Source: Octopus sinensis (taxonomy: Eukaryota). Taken from it: 64,000 nt of DNA. This document shows, piece by piece, positions 26,530 through 38,402 of the stretch (positions are counted from its first letter, which is position 1; every line of letters starts with the position of its first letter). The notes below the pieces were generated by a model. That model was not told the origin of the DNA, searched no databases, and worked only from the letters and a program-made list of their open reading frames with translations. The DNA lies in the NCBI RefSeq assembly GCF_006345805.1, contig NC_043018.1, forward strand, positions 5,890,001 to 5,954,000. Direction: 5' to 3'. A program made the translations under genes and the position numbers.

Positions 26530-27700
26530 AGTTAATTGACGTTGAGAAGAAAAGCCCTAATGTGATCTCTCTAAATCATCATCATCATCATCATCCAGTG
26601 TTTTAAATTCGGGTTTTGTTCCCGTTAACAGGGGTAGCCAGATCTCCCTCAATGCCATAGCTACTGCCCTCACACCATCTTGACATCTTGCCTGGTTTTG
26701 GGTGTCCTCCTTTTTCAAACCAACCCTCCCAATTCCCTCCTCCACCTGTCCCCCCCACCTTTTCCTCAGTCTACTTCGCTTTTGCGCTGCATTTACCCCA
26801 AATGTAATCACCTTCCTCAGAACATGCTCTTCATCCCTCCTCAACACATGCCCATACCACTTCATTCCATTCGCCCTTGACAACCATTCTATCAATTCCT
26901 CCAACCCCAGCATTCCTATCAAATCCTCAGTCCTCCTCTTATCAAACAGCTTCACCCCTCACATTTCTCTTACCATTGCTCTCTCAGTCCTTCTCAAAAT
27001 TACCATCTCTCTCTCTCTCTCTCCCTCGGACACCATGTCTCACTCCCTTACAACATTGCAGCTCTCACACAACTCTTATAGACCCTTCCTTTCATCTTTA
27101 ACCCTTTTGTTACCAACCCAGCTGAAACCGTCTCTGGCTCTGTAGTACAAATGTCTTGTTTTCAAATTTTCAGAATTAATATCTTCCACCAAACCTTAGT
27201 CACAGTTTATGTTCCTAACACTAGCTTATTTTACTAAATTCTTTGTTATATTTAAAAGTAATTGAAAGAAGCACAGAGCATCTCAAAATAAATACAGTAA
27301 CGAAAAGGTTAATGAGGACCTTTTCACATATAATAATGCTCCGCGTTCCCTGAACTTCACCCAGCCAAGTCTCGCTCTTGCTGCCACAGCTGCTTCACAA
27401 CCGCCACTTACATCCACCCCTATCTCCCAAATAACAAAACCCTCTCACCGTTTCCATCTCATCACATAGCATTTCCACTGGTTCCGCTAGCCCTCCACCT
27501 CCTTTCTCATATCTTCCACAAACAAACTCTGTCGCCAGTCTTGGGGCTACCTTCTTCATTTTCGTACATCTACCATGAATCCAGTTCTCACATCTCATAC
27601 ACAACACTGCATTTGCCATTACCCTCCTCCCACAAACACCACCTGGATCCACCTTACTCACTAACAATTCTCCTTTCCTTTCTCCTTTCAAAATGAGATC
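26530..27700 (-). mobile_element. Decayed RTE LINE (Cys-rich insert and C-terminal region)
   Basis: CGRRVMANAVLCMRCENWIHGRC...FCYLGD and WYGHVLRR...RW motifs. Interrupted by a MITE. Confidence 0.75.
27102..27308. mobile_element. TTAA-flanked (piggyBac-like) MITE inserted in an RTE remnant
   Basis: TTAA-CCCTTTTGTTAC ... GTAACGAAAAGG-TTAA. Confidence 0.65.
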
Positions 27701-28018
27701 AAAACTGGATCAAGGGCTCGACTCAACTGAAAGCCTTTGGTCTGCTACTGAGTGGGTTCTTCTGTAATGTCATCTGTTATATTTGAAAGTATGGGTTGGG
27801 TGTATGACTATTCTGATGGTAACTCGTTTGCAAAGGTAATTTAGAGTTGAGACAGGGCCTGAAACAAGACTGGAAAATCTGCTTGCAATGCATAACTGAT
27901 ATAACAAATCACTCTTTTTATTGATTATTAATACTTATTTTCAGAAATTATTACTTTAAGTGACTTGTTACATTCTTATAATATGCATACCTGTCATTTA
28001 ATATATATATGTGTGTGC

Positions 28019-28060
<42 letters not shown>

Positions 28061-28107
28061 TATATATATCAATATCAAAATAAGCAACAAGAATAACTTT
28101 GGTAATT

Positions 28108-28197
28108 TGGTACGATCGTTTCACGCTACAATCATTTCATTTTATTAAATATTGTTAGTATTACAACAGTTTTAAAATGTTGAGCAATCATCAGCCA
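28108..28197 (-). ncRNA. Type I hammerhead ribozyme, antisense to SRP72 intron 1
   Basis: TGG-CTGATGA-TTGC...GCGT-GAAA-C-GATC-GTA-CCA. Short stem I, palindromic stem III ACGATCGT. Confidence 0.65.
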
Positions 28198-29155
28198 TTT
28201 ATAAAGGTTTTCCATTAATACATAATTTTCATATTAATTGATAACATTATAGGGAAGGTAGATATATAGACAAAGATGTCAATTTGTGGAGATGTGGACA
28301 GTGGTGAATATGAGTTTTGATGGTGGTGGGAAGATTGAGGCAATAGGAGGTAGTACAGGTAATGTAAAGTGTGGGTGGTGTGTGAGAGACGTATGATACT
28401 GAGATCAGAGGTACATAGGAATGGAAATAGTGGAAGCTGAACGTAGACAGGGACATCATCGTTATCGTCACTTATGGGGAAAAGGGACCAGAGTAGAATG
28501 GGTTTCTTGCTGTCAAAAGAGCTACATGACTACTCACATTACAGAAGAGTAGTTAGAAGTAACTGGGGTGGAACTGGAAAGAGGGCTACTATAGGAATGA
28601 TGAAGTGTCTGAGAGGACCCTTATAGGAGTGGGGTCAGAAGAATGAAGTATAGGTGGGAGAGGTCATTAGGGTGTAAGGGAGAGTGAGAAATGGATCATG
28701 TCCATGATTCATGCTGGCATGGGTTGGACGGGTCATTATGGTCTGAATATATTATTTCAAATTATTTCCTTACTAGACTTGTTGAAAGACTGTGTTGCAC
28801 TCGTGTGTCCCATTTTGGCATGGCTTCTATGATTCGATGGCCTTCTTTAACATATATATATATCTTTACTACCCACAAGGGGCTAAACACAGAGGGGACA
28901 AACAAGGACAGACAAACGGATTAAGCCGATTATATCGACCCCAGTGTGTAACTGGTACTTAATTTATCGATCCCGAAAGGATGAAAGGCAAAGTCGACTT
29001 TGGCGGAATTTGAACCCAGAACGTAACGGCAGACGAAATACGGCTATGCCTTTCGCCCGGCGTGCTAACGATTCTGCCAGCTCGCCTTCTTTAACGTATA
29101 TAGTCATGAGAACCCAAACGAAAATGTATCTCCTTTTCTCTTTCTTATTTTCCAG

Positions 29156-29273
29156 TCATCCATGAAAACAATGGAGAAACGTTGGCATTCCACTGTAAAA
29201 TGGTATGCCTTATCAATCTCGGGCGTTTCGATGAGGTGATGATAGCCATGAAGAAGTACCCATCTCTATCGAA
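29156..29273 (+). CDS. SRP72: SRP72 exon 2 (IIHENNGETLAFHCKMVCLINLGRFDEVMIAMKKYPSLS)
   Basis: Matches the ALHCKVVCLIQNGSFKEAL motif. TTTCCAG acceptor, GTAAGT donor, phases consistent. Confidence 0.9.
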
Positions 29274-29405
29274 GTAAGTTTTGCAATTGTTTTGTTGTTT
29301 TTTTTTTTTTTACTGTTTTATTATTATTATTATGATAGTGATGTGATGCTTCTTATGGAAGCTGTGTTGTAGGTTTTTTGGAAGTTTGTTCCTGAGGATG
29401 CAAAA

Positions 29406-29543
<138 letters not shown>

Positions 29544-30051
29544 CATACATATATATCTGCTTCTTCTCTGATTCCTTCTCTCCCTCTCTCTCTTGGCCAC
29601 TGCTTCTGTCCTCTCTTACCCCCTTCTCTCTCTTACCCTTTTGCGACTTGCTGCCTCAGCCATTCTGTTGCCATCGGCTGCTTGTTCAACATGTGTCTCA
29701 TCACCGAAAAGGTAATTATTTTTCCACGCTTGCTGATATTGTTTTTGTGTCTCCTTTTGTCTCAAAGCCGTAGGGCGCCTGTGTCATCCATGTTTTTAAC
29801 CATTACTGTCTCCAAAAAAGTTTTTTCGTTTCATGTTCGTCTCTGTTGCGTTGCATTTCTTCCTTTGTGCTGGCTGATTCAGAGTGGATCTCAGAATTAA
29901 ACAGCCGAAAATCTGCGATGAGGAATCAGTTTCTGACTGAAGAACGAAGGCTTTGAATGACCCGTTTGTCTTTTATGTACGTCCCTTCGTGTATTTCACG
30001 TTATTTATTTATGTAAAGGTTTATTATATACACACATACATACATATACAT

Positions 30052-30102
<51 letters not shown>

Positions 30103-30249
30103 ACTATAAATAAGGGTATCTGAGAGACACCACCATGCCGAAATAGCAGTCAAAACCCTGACTCTAAAAACCACCTTAAATGTTCATATCGCACCATGAG
30201 ATAAGACAGAAAGACAAAATAAACTAGCAAACAGATATTACTGGATAAT

Positions 30250-30309
30250 TCAATATATATATATATATATATATATATACATGCATATATATATATATAT
30301 ATATATACA

Positions 30310-30344
<35 letters not shown>

Positions 30345-30346
30345 GC

Positions 30347-30381
<35 letters not shown>

Positions 30382-30404
30382 GCATATATATATATATATA
30401 CATG

Positions 30405-30436
<32 letters not shown>

Positions 30437-30546
30437 TATCTATATATATATATATATATATATATACATGCATATATATATATATATATATATACATGCA
30501 TATATATATATATATATATACATGCATATATATATATATATATACA

Positions 30547-30589
<43 letters not shown>

Positions 30590-30680
30590 GCATATATATA
30601 TATATATGATATATATATATACACATATGCATATATATACATGCATATATAATATATATAACATGCATATATATATATAT
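30250..30680. repeat. Compound (TA)n microsatellite punctuated by CATG (also 31620-32250 and 35350-35700)
   Basis: Direct reading of the sequence. Confidence 0.9.
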
Positions 30681-30699
30681 AATATATTTATTACATATC

Positions 30700-31236
30700 A
30701 TGTGGGTGTATTGAGGTATGTATGTGTATGCGTGTAGATATGAATCTGTAGGTACGTGTACGTATGTGTATATACGTGAATGTATGTATGAATATAACAC
30801 GTGCGGGTGTGTATGTGTGTGAGTGTGTGGGCGTGAGTGAGTGTTTGCGTTCATATCAGTGAGTAGAAAGATAAATGGACTCTTTACACCATCCCTTGGG
30901 ACAACGGCCAGGATGGCTGACCTAGGTCAAGATAAAAATAAAGATATAAACAAAAGTAATAATAAAATTAAAATAAGGGAATAAAAATGTGTGTGCATGG
31001 ATTTGCATGTGTATGTGTGTGTATGTATATATATGTGCGAGTGTGTATACATATATGTATGTGTATGTATGTGTGTATATATATGTATGTGTGTATATAT
31101 ATATATGTATGTGTGTATATATATATGTATATATATATATGTATATATATGTATGGGTTTGTATGTGTATGTATGTATATATATGTGTATGTATATGTAT
31201 GTATGTGTATATATGTGTATATGAATATGTGGGTGG

Positions 31237-31292
<56 letters not shown>

Positions 31293-31620
31293 ATAAGTGA
31301 GAGTCTCCTTATTTACCTAAAACTCATTTTTCTTTTATTTCTTTTATCCACTTTACCACCGATTCCTTTGACCACTCCCCTAAGGAATGATAGTTTTTGC
31401 GCCATGCCTACCCCCAAAAAAGTCCCCCATCACCACCCCTTTAAACCTGCCTAAATGTATAAATGCCAAAACAACTCTTGTCAACTAGCTTCCTGATGAT
31501 TTCTTTGAATGAAACAGTCTAGTCCTGTAGAAGCTCCTTCTATATAATAAATTAATTCACTCTGCTATGTATTGAGTACCTTATTTACTGTGGTTAACCC
31601 CGACTCAACCCGGACCTACC
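30700..31620 (+). mobile_element. Second, diverged copy of the PLE 3' region/pLTR
   Basis: 31291-31620 is clearly homologous to 34900-35350, including the hammerhead. 30860-30990 resembles 34340-34470. Confidence 0.72.
31487..31535 (+). ncRNA. Type I hammerhead ribozyme in PLE pseudo-LTR copy, sense to SRP72 intron 2
   Basis: AGCTTC-CTGATGA-TTTCTTTGAAT-GAAA-CAG-TCTAGTC-CTG-TA-GAAGCT. Confidence 0.72.
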
Positions 31621-31699
<79 letters not shown>

Positions 31700-31902
31700 G
31701 CATATATATAATATATATATATACATGCCATATATATATATATACATGCATATATATATATATACATGCATATATATATATATATACATGCCATATATAT
31801 ATCATATTACATGCATATAATATAGCTTATATATATATATATATATATAATATACATGAATAATATATATATATATATATATTATATTATATATATATAT
31901 GC

Positions 31903-31944
<42 letters not shown>

Positions 31945-32030
31945 TATATACCATGCATATATATATATATAATATAATGACCATGTATTATATATATATA
32001 TATTATATATATATTATATATATATATGCA

Positions 32031-32081
<51 letters not shown>

Positions 32082-32266
32082 TGTATATATATATATGATG
32101 TATATATATATATATATATATAGTAGCATGTATATATATATATGCATGACTATATATATATATATATATATATATAGCATGTATATATATATATATATAT
32201 ATGCATGTATATATATATATGCATGTATAATATATATATATATATATATATTTATTATATAGAAGG

Positions 32267-32317
32267 AGCTTCTACAGGACTAGAACTGTTTCATTCAAGA
32301 GAAATCTTCAGGAAGCT
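32267..32317 (-). ncRNA. Hammerhead ribozyme in the inverted pseudo-LTR
   Basis: Exact reverse complement of 35215-35265. Confidence 0.72.
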
Positions 32318-33235
32318 AGTTAACAAGAATTGTATTGGCATTTATACATTTAGGCAGGTTTAAAGGGGTGTTGGTGGGGGACTTTTTGGGGGTAGGCATA
32401 GCGCAAAAAATCATACTTGGGGGAGTGGTCAAGGAGTCAGTACTCGTTCCGGCGACAGGATAAATCCAACCAAACTACCCTCGCCGCCCACATCTGGTAC
32501 CTTAAAAGGAATTCCATCCCCTTCAAGACCAAGTGGAAACTACTACAGAAGGCGCGCTCGTACACAGGAGGCCATACCTGCTGTGACCTCTGCATATCGG
32601 AGAGCCTAGAGATCTTGTTCGCCAAAGGCCCTCTCCTTAACAAAATCTCAGAACACTCCCCAAATTGTATGCATAAGAAGTATGCGAACTACAAGAATAT
32701 AGACCTACCCGGCAACCAGATTGATGACACCCCACACAAAACCCCCCCAATCCCACCGTTCCCCTAGCACCCCCGATTACCTTTTCTCCTAAGACCTTTC
32801 ACATATTGTATGTGCACGCTTGTAGATGTGTATCGTATATATGTATAGAAATGTATGGGTATAGTAGGATTATACGCATGTATTATGTGTGTGTGTGCGT
32901 GTATGTATGTAAAAAAATATATATGTGTGTATATATATATATATATTATATATATTATAATATATATATATATAATATGTGTGTTGTGTGTGTGTGTATA
33001 TATATATATGTATGTGCGTGTGTGTGGTGTGTGTGTATATATATATGTATAGATTGTATGTATGTATATATTATATTGTGTGATGCATATGTATGTGTAT
33101 ATGTATGTGTGTATGTATATATATGTGTGTAAGTGTGTGTTATATGTAAATGTAAGTGTGTGTGCTTGTATGAGAATGTATGTATGTTTGCACACATGTA
33201 TATATATGTGTGTGTATGTTGTGTGTGTATGTATA

Positions 33236-33276
<41 letters not shown>

Positions 33277-33523
33277 ACATATATATATATATGTGTGTAT
33301 ATGTGTATGTATATATATGTGTGTGTGTGTGTATGCATGTGTGTATGTGTATGTATGTATGTATATATATGCGTGTGCATGGGTATATGTATATGTACAT
33401 ATGCGCGTACGCTCGTGTGTTTATGTATGTGTAGGTACGTAGAGTTATCTATGTGTGTATTTATATGTACATGTGTAAGTATGTATATATATGTATGTAT
33501 GTGTATGTATATGTATGTGTATG

Positions 33524-33586
<63 letters not shown>

Positions 33587-33653
33587 GTGTATGTGTATAT
33601 GTAGGTGTATGTGTGTATGTATATATTTATATATATGTGTGTGTGTATGTATG

Positions 33654-33707
<54 letters not shown>

Positions 33708-34943
33708 ATCTATGTGTGTAAGTTTATTATATGTATGTATCCGTCTATATAATAGGTAACTGCACGTACATATACTTATATTTATTTTTTGAGTATGCAT
33801 GTATGAATAACTGCGCGTATATATATTTTACTATTTAATTTTTGAGTATGCATGTTAGTATGAATATATATATGTATATATATGTATATATATTAATATA
33901 TATATATATATATGTATATGTGTACATGTATGTATTTGTATGTAGGTGTACATGTATGTATGTGTGTGTATTTATATTTATGGGTGTATATGTATAGACT
34001 AGCCTTCTAAGAGTGTAGACATGAATCTGTAGGTACGCGTATATATATATATATATATATATGTACATGTATGTATTTGTATGTAGGTGTACATGTATGT
34101 GTGTGTATTTATATTTATTGGTGTATATGTATAGACTAGCCTTCTAAGAGTGTAGACATGAATCTGTAGGTACGCGTACGTATGTGTATGTATGTAGATG
34201 TATGTATGTATGAATATAACGCGTACGTATGTGAATGTATGTAGATGTATGTATGTATGAATATAACGCGTGCGTGCGCGTATGCGTATGAGTGTACGAA
34301 TGAGTGAGTGTACGTGCTAAAGAGTGTGCGTGAGTGAATGAGTAATTGTCTTCCAGTAGACGGATAAATGGTCTGGCTGTCATAGCCAAGATGTTTGTGA
34401 CCAAGCGGCCAAAGATAACAAAAGTAATAAACGAAGATAATAAAATAAAAATTAGGGAATGGGTCTGTATTTGTATATGTATATATATATATGTGTGTAT
34501 GTGTAGGTATGCATGGGTACACATATGTATATATATGTGTATATATATATATATGTGTATGTATGTATATGTGTATATGTATGTGTATGTATGTATATAT
34601 ATGTGTATGTATGTGTATGTGTGGGTGTATATATATGTGTGTATGTGTATATATGTGTATATAGGGACTAGTGTGATGTGTGTGTATGGATTTGTGTGTG
34701 TATGCGTGTATGTGAGTATATGTGTGTGTATGTGTATATATATATTTTCCTGTGTGTATATGTATGTGTGGTCGTGTGTGTATATATACATGTGTGTATA
34801 CGTGTATGCAAGTGTGTGTGTGTGTATGTATACATATATATGTGTATGTGTAGATATGTATATGTATGTGTGAGTGTATATATGTGTGTATGTGTAGAGG
34901 TATAAGTGAGAATCTCCTTATTTACCTAAAACTCTATTCCCCC

Positions 34944-34990
<47 letters not shown>

Positions 34991-35214
34991 TATTTATTTT
35001 TTTATTTTTATTTTTATTTTATTTTTTTATATTTTTTTATTTTCTATTTTTTATTTTTTATTTTTTATTTATTCTCCTATCTAATTTAACACTGACTCCT
35101 TGACCACTCCCCCAAGTATGATTTTTTGCGCTATGCCTACCCCCAAAAAGTCCCCCACCAACACCCCTTTAAACCTGCCTAAATGTATAAATGCCAATAC
35201 AATTCTTGTTAACT

Positions 35215-35265
35215 AGCTTCCTGAAGATTTCTCTTGAATGAAACAGTTCTAGTCCTGTAGAAGCT
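35215..35265 (+). ncRNA. Type I hammerhead ribozyme in PLE pseudo-LTR, sense to SRP72 intron 2
   Basis: AGCTTC-CTGAAGA-TTTCTCTTGAAT-GAAA-CAG-TTCTAGTC-CTG-TA-GAAGCT. Predicted cleavage after A35259. Confidence 0.75.
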
Positions 35266-35506
35266 CCTTCTATATAATAAATTAATTTTACTCTGCTATG
35301 TATTGAGTACCTTATTTACTGTGGTTAACCCCGAATCAACCCGGGACCTACATATATATATATATATATATATGCATGTATATATATATATATGCATGTA
35401 TTATATATATATATATATATATATATGCATGTATATATATATATGCATGTATTATATATATATATGCATGTATATATATATATTATATATATATATATAT
35501 ATATGC

Positions 35507-35543
<37 letters not shown>

Positions 35544-35589
35544 TGTATTATATATATATATTATATATATATATATATATATGCATGTA

Positions 35590-35621
<32 letters not shown>

Positions 35622-35749
35622 ATATGCATATATATATATATATATACACATGCATAATATATATATATATACACATATACACGTACACATACATATATAT
35701 ATATATTTGTAAAAAATGAAGTTCGAAAATGCTGCTGTATTATACAATT

Positions 35750-37970
35750 TTTAATTTTTATATATACATTATAACATGTTTCAGTTCCTGAAATGAACCT
35801 TATCAAAAAAAGTTATATATAAAAAAAGACAGCTCATGCCGTCAAACACAAGAAATTCATTTATAATACACAACGGAGTCAGACATCTTAGAGTTCATGT
35901 ATAGTTGATATATAGTTCATGTATAGTTGATATATAGTTTGAAGTATATGTTCAAAGTGTTCGATGCAGTGGCCCACGGTGGTGATACGTATTCAATACA
36001 AAAAACAGATCAAAGTGGTGGAAAGCGGTCAATACAGAAGATTGATGTTTCCGAAAGAGCGAGGAATTCATTTTTACCTTAAGCAATTGTGATGACCCAT
36101 GGTGGAAGTTCGCTGGGTGGTTCTAGTGAGTTTTTGTGAAATGCTCGGTTTTATAATGCCTGTTAGGTGGTCAATCTAGCGTAGCGTGACGTCATCAATG
36201 TTTTGACCAATCGTTTCGTTAGGTGGCTTTAATCAAGTAGAACGGGACGTCATCATTATTTTGACCAATCGCTGCATTATAAACTCCCTCTTGTTTGTTT
36301 CCTGTTTTGACCAGTCGCTTCGTTAGTCAAGTAGAACGGGACGTCATCATTATTTTGACCAATCGCTGCATTATATCTGCCTCTTGTTTGTCTCCTGTTT
36401 TGACCAGTCGCTTCGTTAGTCAAGCAGAGCGGGACGTCATCCAGATTCTGCCTAATCACGACTTATAGCTACATTAGATCTGCCCCCTGTCTGTACTTGT
36501 TAGGTGACTATTCAAGCAGAAAAGGACGTCATCAATATTCTGACTAATGACTGTCCCCTGTTTGTATCCTGTCCATTCTAGCAGAGCTAGACGTCATCAA
36601 CTTGTTGACCAATCAGAATCGGGTCTGACCCTTAGCTGTATCGTATGTATCAGGGTCAGATTTGCACGAAAGAATTTTTTTCCTTTTTTACTAAGGCATA
36701 TTTCCGTCAGAGTGAGTGTCTGTTTGAAGCAGCGGCCGTGGTGGCACCCCGCTTCTCCCTTTCGGAGGACTTATCTTTTGTTTTAGTATTCCTGGCCCAG
36801 GGTGTTTAAACTTGGTCTAAATTTTTTTATAAAATATAGTTCTTTGTTTTGGCGTTGTGTGAAGGTTGCGTTGTCACTGAATTTATAGAGCGGGTTAGTT
36901 GTAAATTTCGGATTTACATTTCCAGCACATCTATCTATGTGTCCGCTGACCAGTATTTTGCGGTAATCAGGGTTTCTAATTTGTGATTTATGCACCGCCA
37001 TCCTGTTACGTAAGCTATTTTTTGTATGGCCTATATACTGCCTATTGCAGCCTGCGCATGTTATGACGTAAATTAAGTTTTCTGATGCGCAGGTGAAGTT
37101 TGTTCTAATGGTGAACTGGTGGCCTTGTTCCAGTATAAATTCTGATCCTTCTTTCAAGATTACACAGATTCCGCAGTTGGGCCTTCCACATTTTCTAACT
37201 GCTGGTTTTGTGGTTGATGTTGAGTGCAGTGTAGCTTGGGTTAAAATCCTTTTCAAGGATTTTGGTTGCCATTTACTTTTAATGATGGTGTGTGTTTCGA
37301 GGATCCGGTTCATCTTTGGGTCTCCCTTTAGTAGGGCTGTGCTTTGTAGTATGGTGTTGAAGGCCTCATTGTTGAGTGGGTTGTGTGTAGAGATGTAGGG
37401 AAAGGTTTTTAATTGTTCTTTCTTTTTTGGTTTTGTTTGTCTCAGGTCTTCTATACTTAATTTAAGTACCCGTTGGATTGCACTGTCTATTAGGGGCTGT
37501 GGATAGTTTCTATTTGTGAGTGTGGTTCTAAGTTCCTGGAGACGTGTGTGTCAGGTGTTTGTGTCTGATATTATGGTGCAAATCCTTCTAGCTAAACAAA
37601 AAGGGACATTCATTCTAGTGTGTCGTGGGTGGCATGAATCAAAGGGTAGGTACTGTTTAGAGTCTGTCGGTTTATAGTAGATATCTGTCTCTATTTTGTT
37701 GCCGGTTTTCTTAATGAGGATGTCTAAAAATGGTAATTCTTTTTCGTTGTGGTCCATCGTGAATTGTATATTGTCATTTATTCCATTTAATAGAATTTTA
37801 AATTCCTCAAGTTTCTCTATGCCTTTGTCCCAGATGATGAAACAGTCATCGAGGTATCTTTTCCAGTTGTTATGGATATAGGTGGCGAAGGTGTTTCCAT
37901 ATTTCTCGAGTGTCATCCGGTATAGTATTTTCTCGAGGTATCCTATCACTAGGTTGGCAAAAGATGGTGC
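35750..37970 (-). mobile_element. 5'-truncated Penelope/Poseidon-type retroelement (RT C-terminal half + GIY-YIG endonuclease + 3' region)
   Basis: One reading frame from about 37970 to 36783: APSFANL...WKRYLDDCF...LPFLD...YYKPTD...SCHP (RT) to CxxxxCxxC...NLIYVITC..CNRQYIGHT...R...H...LN (GIY-YIG). A single in-frame TGA at 37551-37553. Confidence 0.92.
36187..36612. repeat. Six GACGTCATC-N10-C(C/T)AAT modules in the PLE 3' region (two near-identical ~94-bp units)
   Basis: Motif starts at about 36188, 36246, 36340, 36433, 36525 and 36590. Confidence 0.8.
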
Positions 37971-38181
37971 AGGGTGGCCCAAAAGTAGGTTTACGGTTAT
38001 CACAAAAGCGCTTTAAATTTCTTTTAAAACATTTTATTACATTTAAATTTCTATCTTACAATTAACTAAATTAGCATAGAATAATGGTTTCACATTTTTT
38101 TATAATTAAGATCTAATCTGTTAATACGTGAATGCGAAAGAGACAGTTGAATAGCTGTAAACCTACTTTCGGGTCACCCTG
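37970..38181. mobile_element. Tc1/mariner-type MITE
   Basis: 31-bp TIRs CAGGGTGGCCCAAAAGTAGGTTTAC (4 mismatches). TA on the right flank; the left end abuts the truncated PLE. Confidence 0.75.
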
Positions 38182-38281
38182 TATATATATCTTCAATGTG
38201 TATAGCCAGGTGTTGTTGGCTGTACATGGTTCTTTTATATTTCCTGCTTTGCTCCATTTCTCTCCACTTTGTTTTCTGCAG

Positions 38282-38402
38282 TGACCTGAAATTTGAGAAG
38301 GCCTACTGTGAATACAGGTTAAACAGGACGAATGAAGCCCTCAGGACATTGAGAGAAGTTACCAACCCATGCCTTCGAACTCAAGAACTTCTAGCTCAAG
38401 TT
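38282..38402 (+). CDS. SRP72: SRP72 exon 3 (DLKFEKAYCEYRLNRTNEAL...QELLAQV)
   Basis: FEKAYCEYRLNR is a hallmark SRP72 TPR motif. CAG acceptor, GTAAGT donor. Confidence 0.96.

Larger units (their letters stand above)
32251..35350 (+). mobile_element. 5'-truncated Penelope-like retroelement: inverted partial pLTR + GIY-YIG C-terminus + microsatellite-expanded 3' region + pLTR with hammerhead
   Basis: 32251-32441 is the exact reverse complement of 35091-35281. The frame at 32442-32767 encodes TTLAAHIWYLK...KWKLLQKARSY...CDLCISE...LLNK...CMH, typical of a PLE endonuclease C-terminus. Flanked by (TA)n. Confidence 0.8.

Noticed and set aside
30114-30158. Additional hammerhead-like motifs (also ~363-390 and ~29935-29960)
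   Set aside because: The core is defective (missing N7, or GAAU instead of GAAA) and stem I is poor. At most decayed remnants.
30150-35806. Dozens of overlapping Y/I/M/C/V/H-rich ORFs (also 5878-6195, 16376-16716, 29353-29900)
   Set aside because: They are translations of (TA)n, (TG)n and (TATG)n microsatellites. They have no splice signals or family motifs.
37551-37553. In-frame TGA in the PLE ORF as selenocysteine (known in some Naiad PLEs)
   Set aside because: The domain order is the canonical RT-then-EN, the context fits an Arg CGA-to-TGA CpG transition rather than a Cys position, and I could not identify a SECIS.
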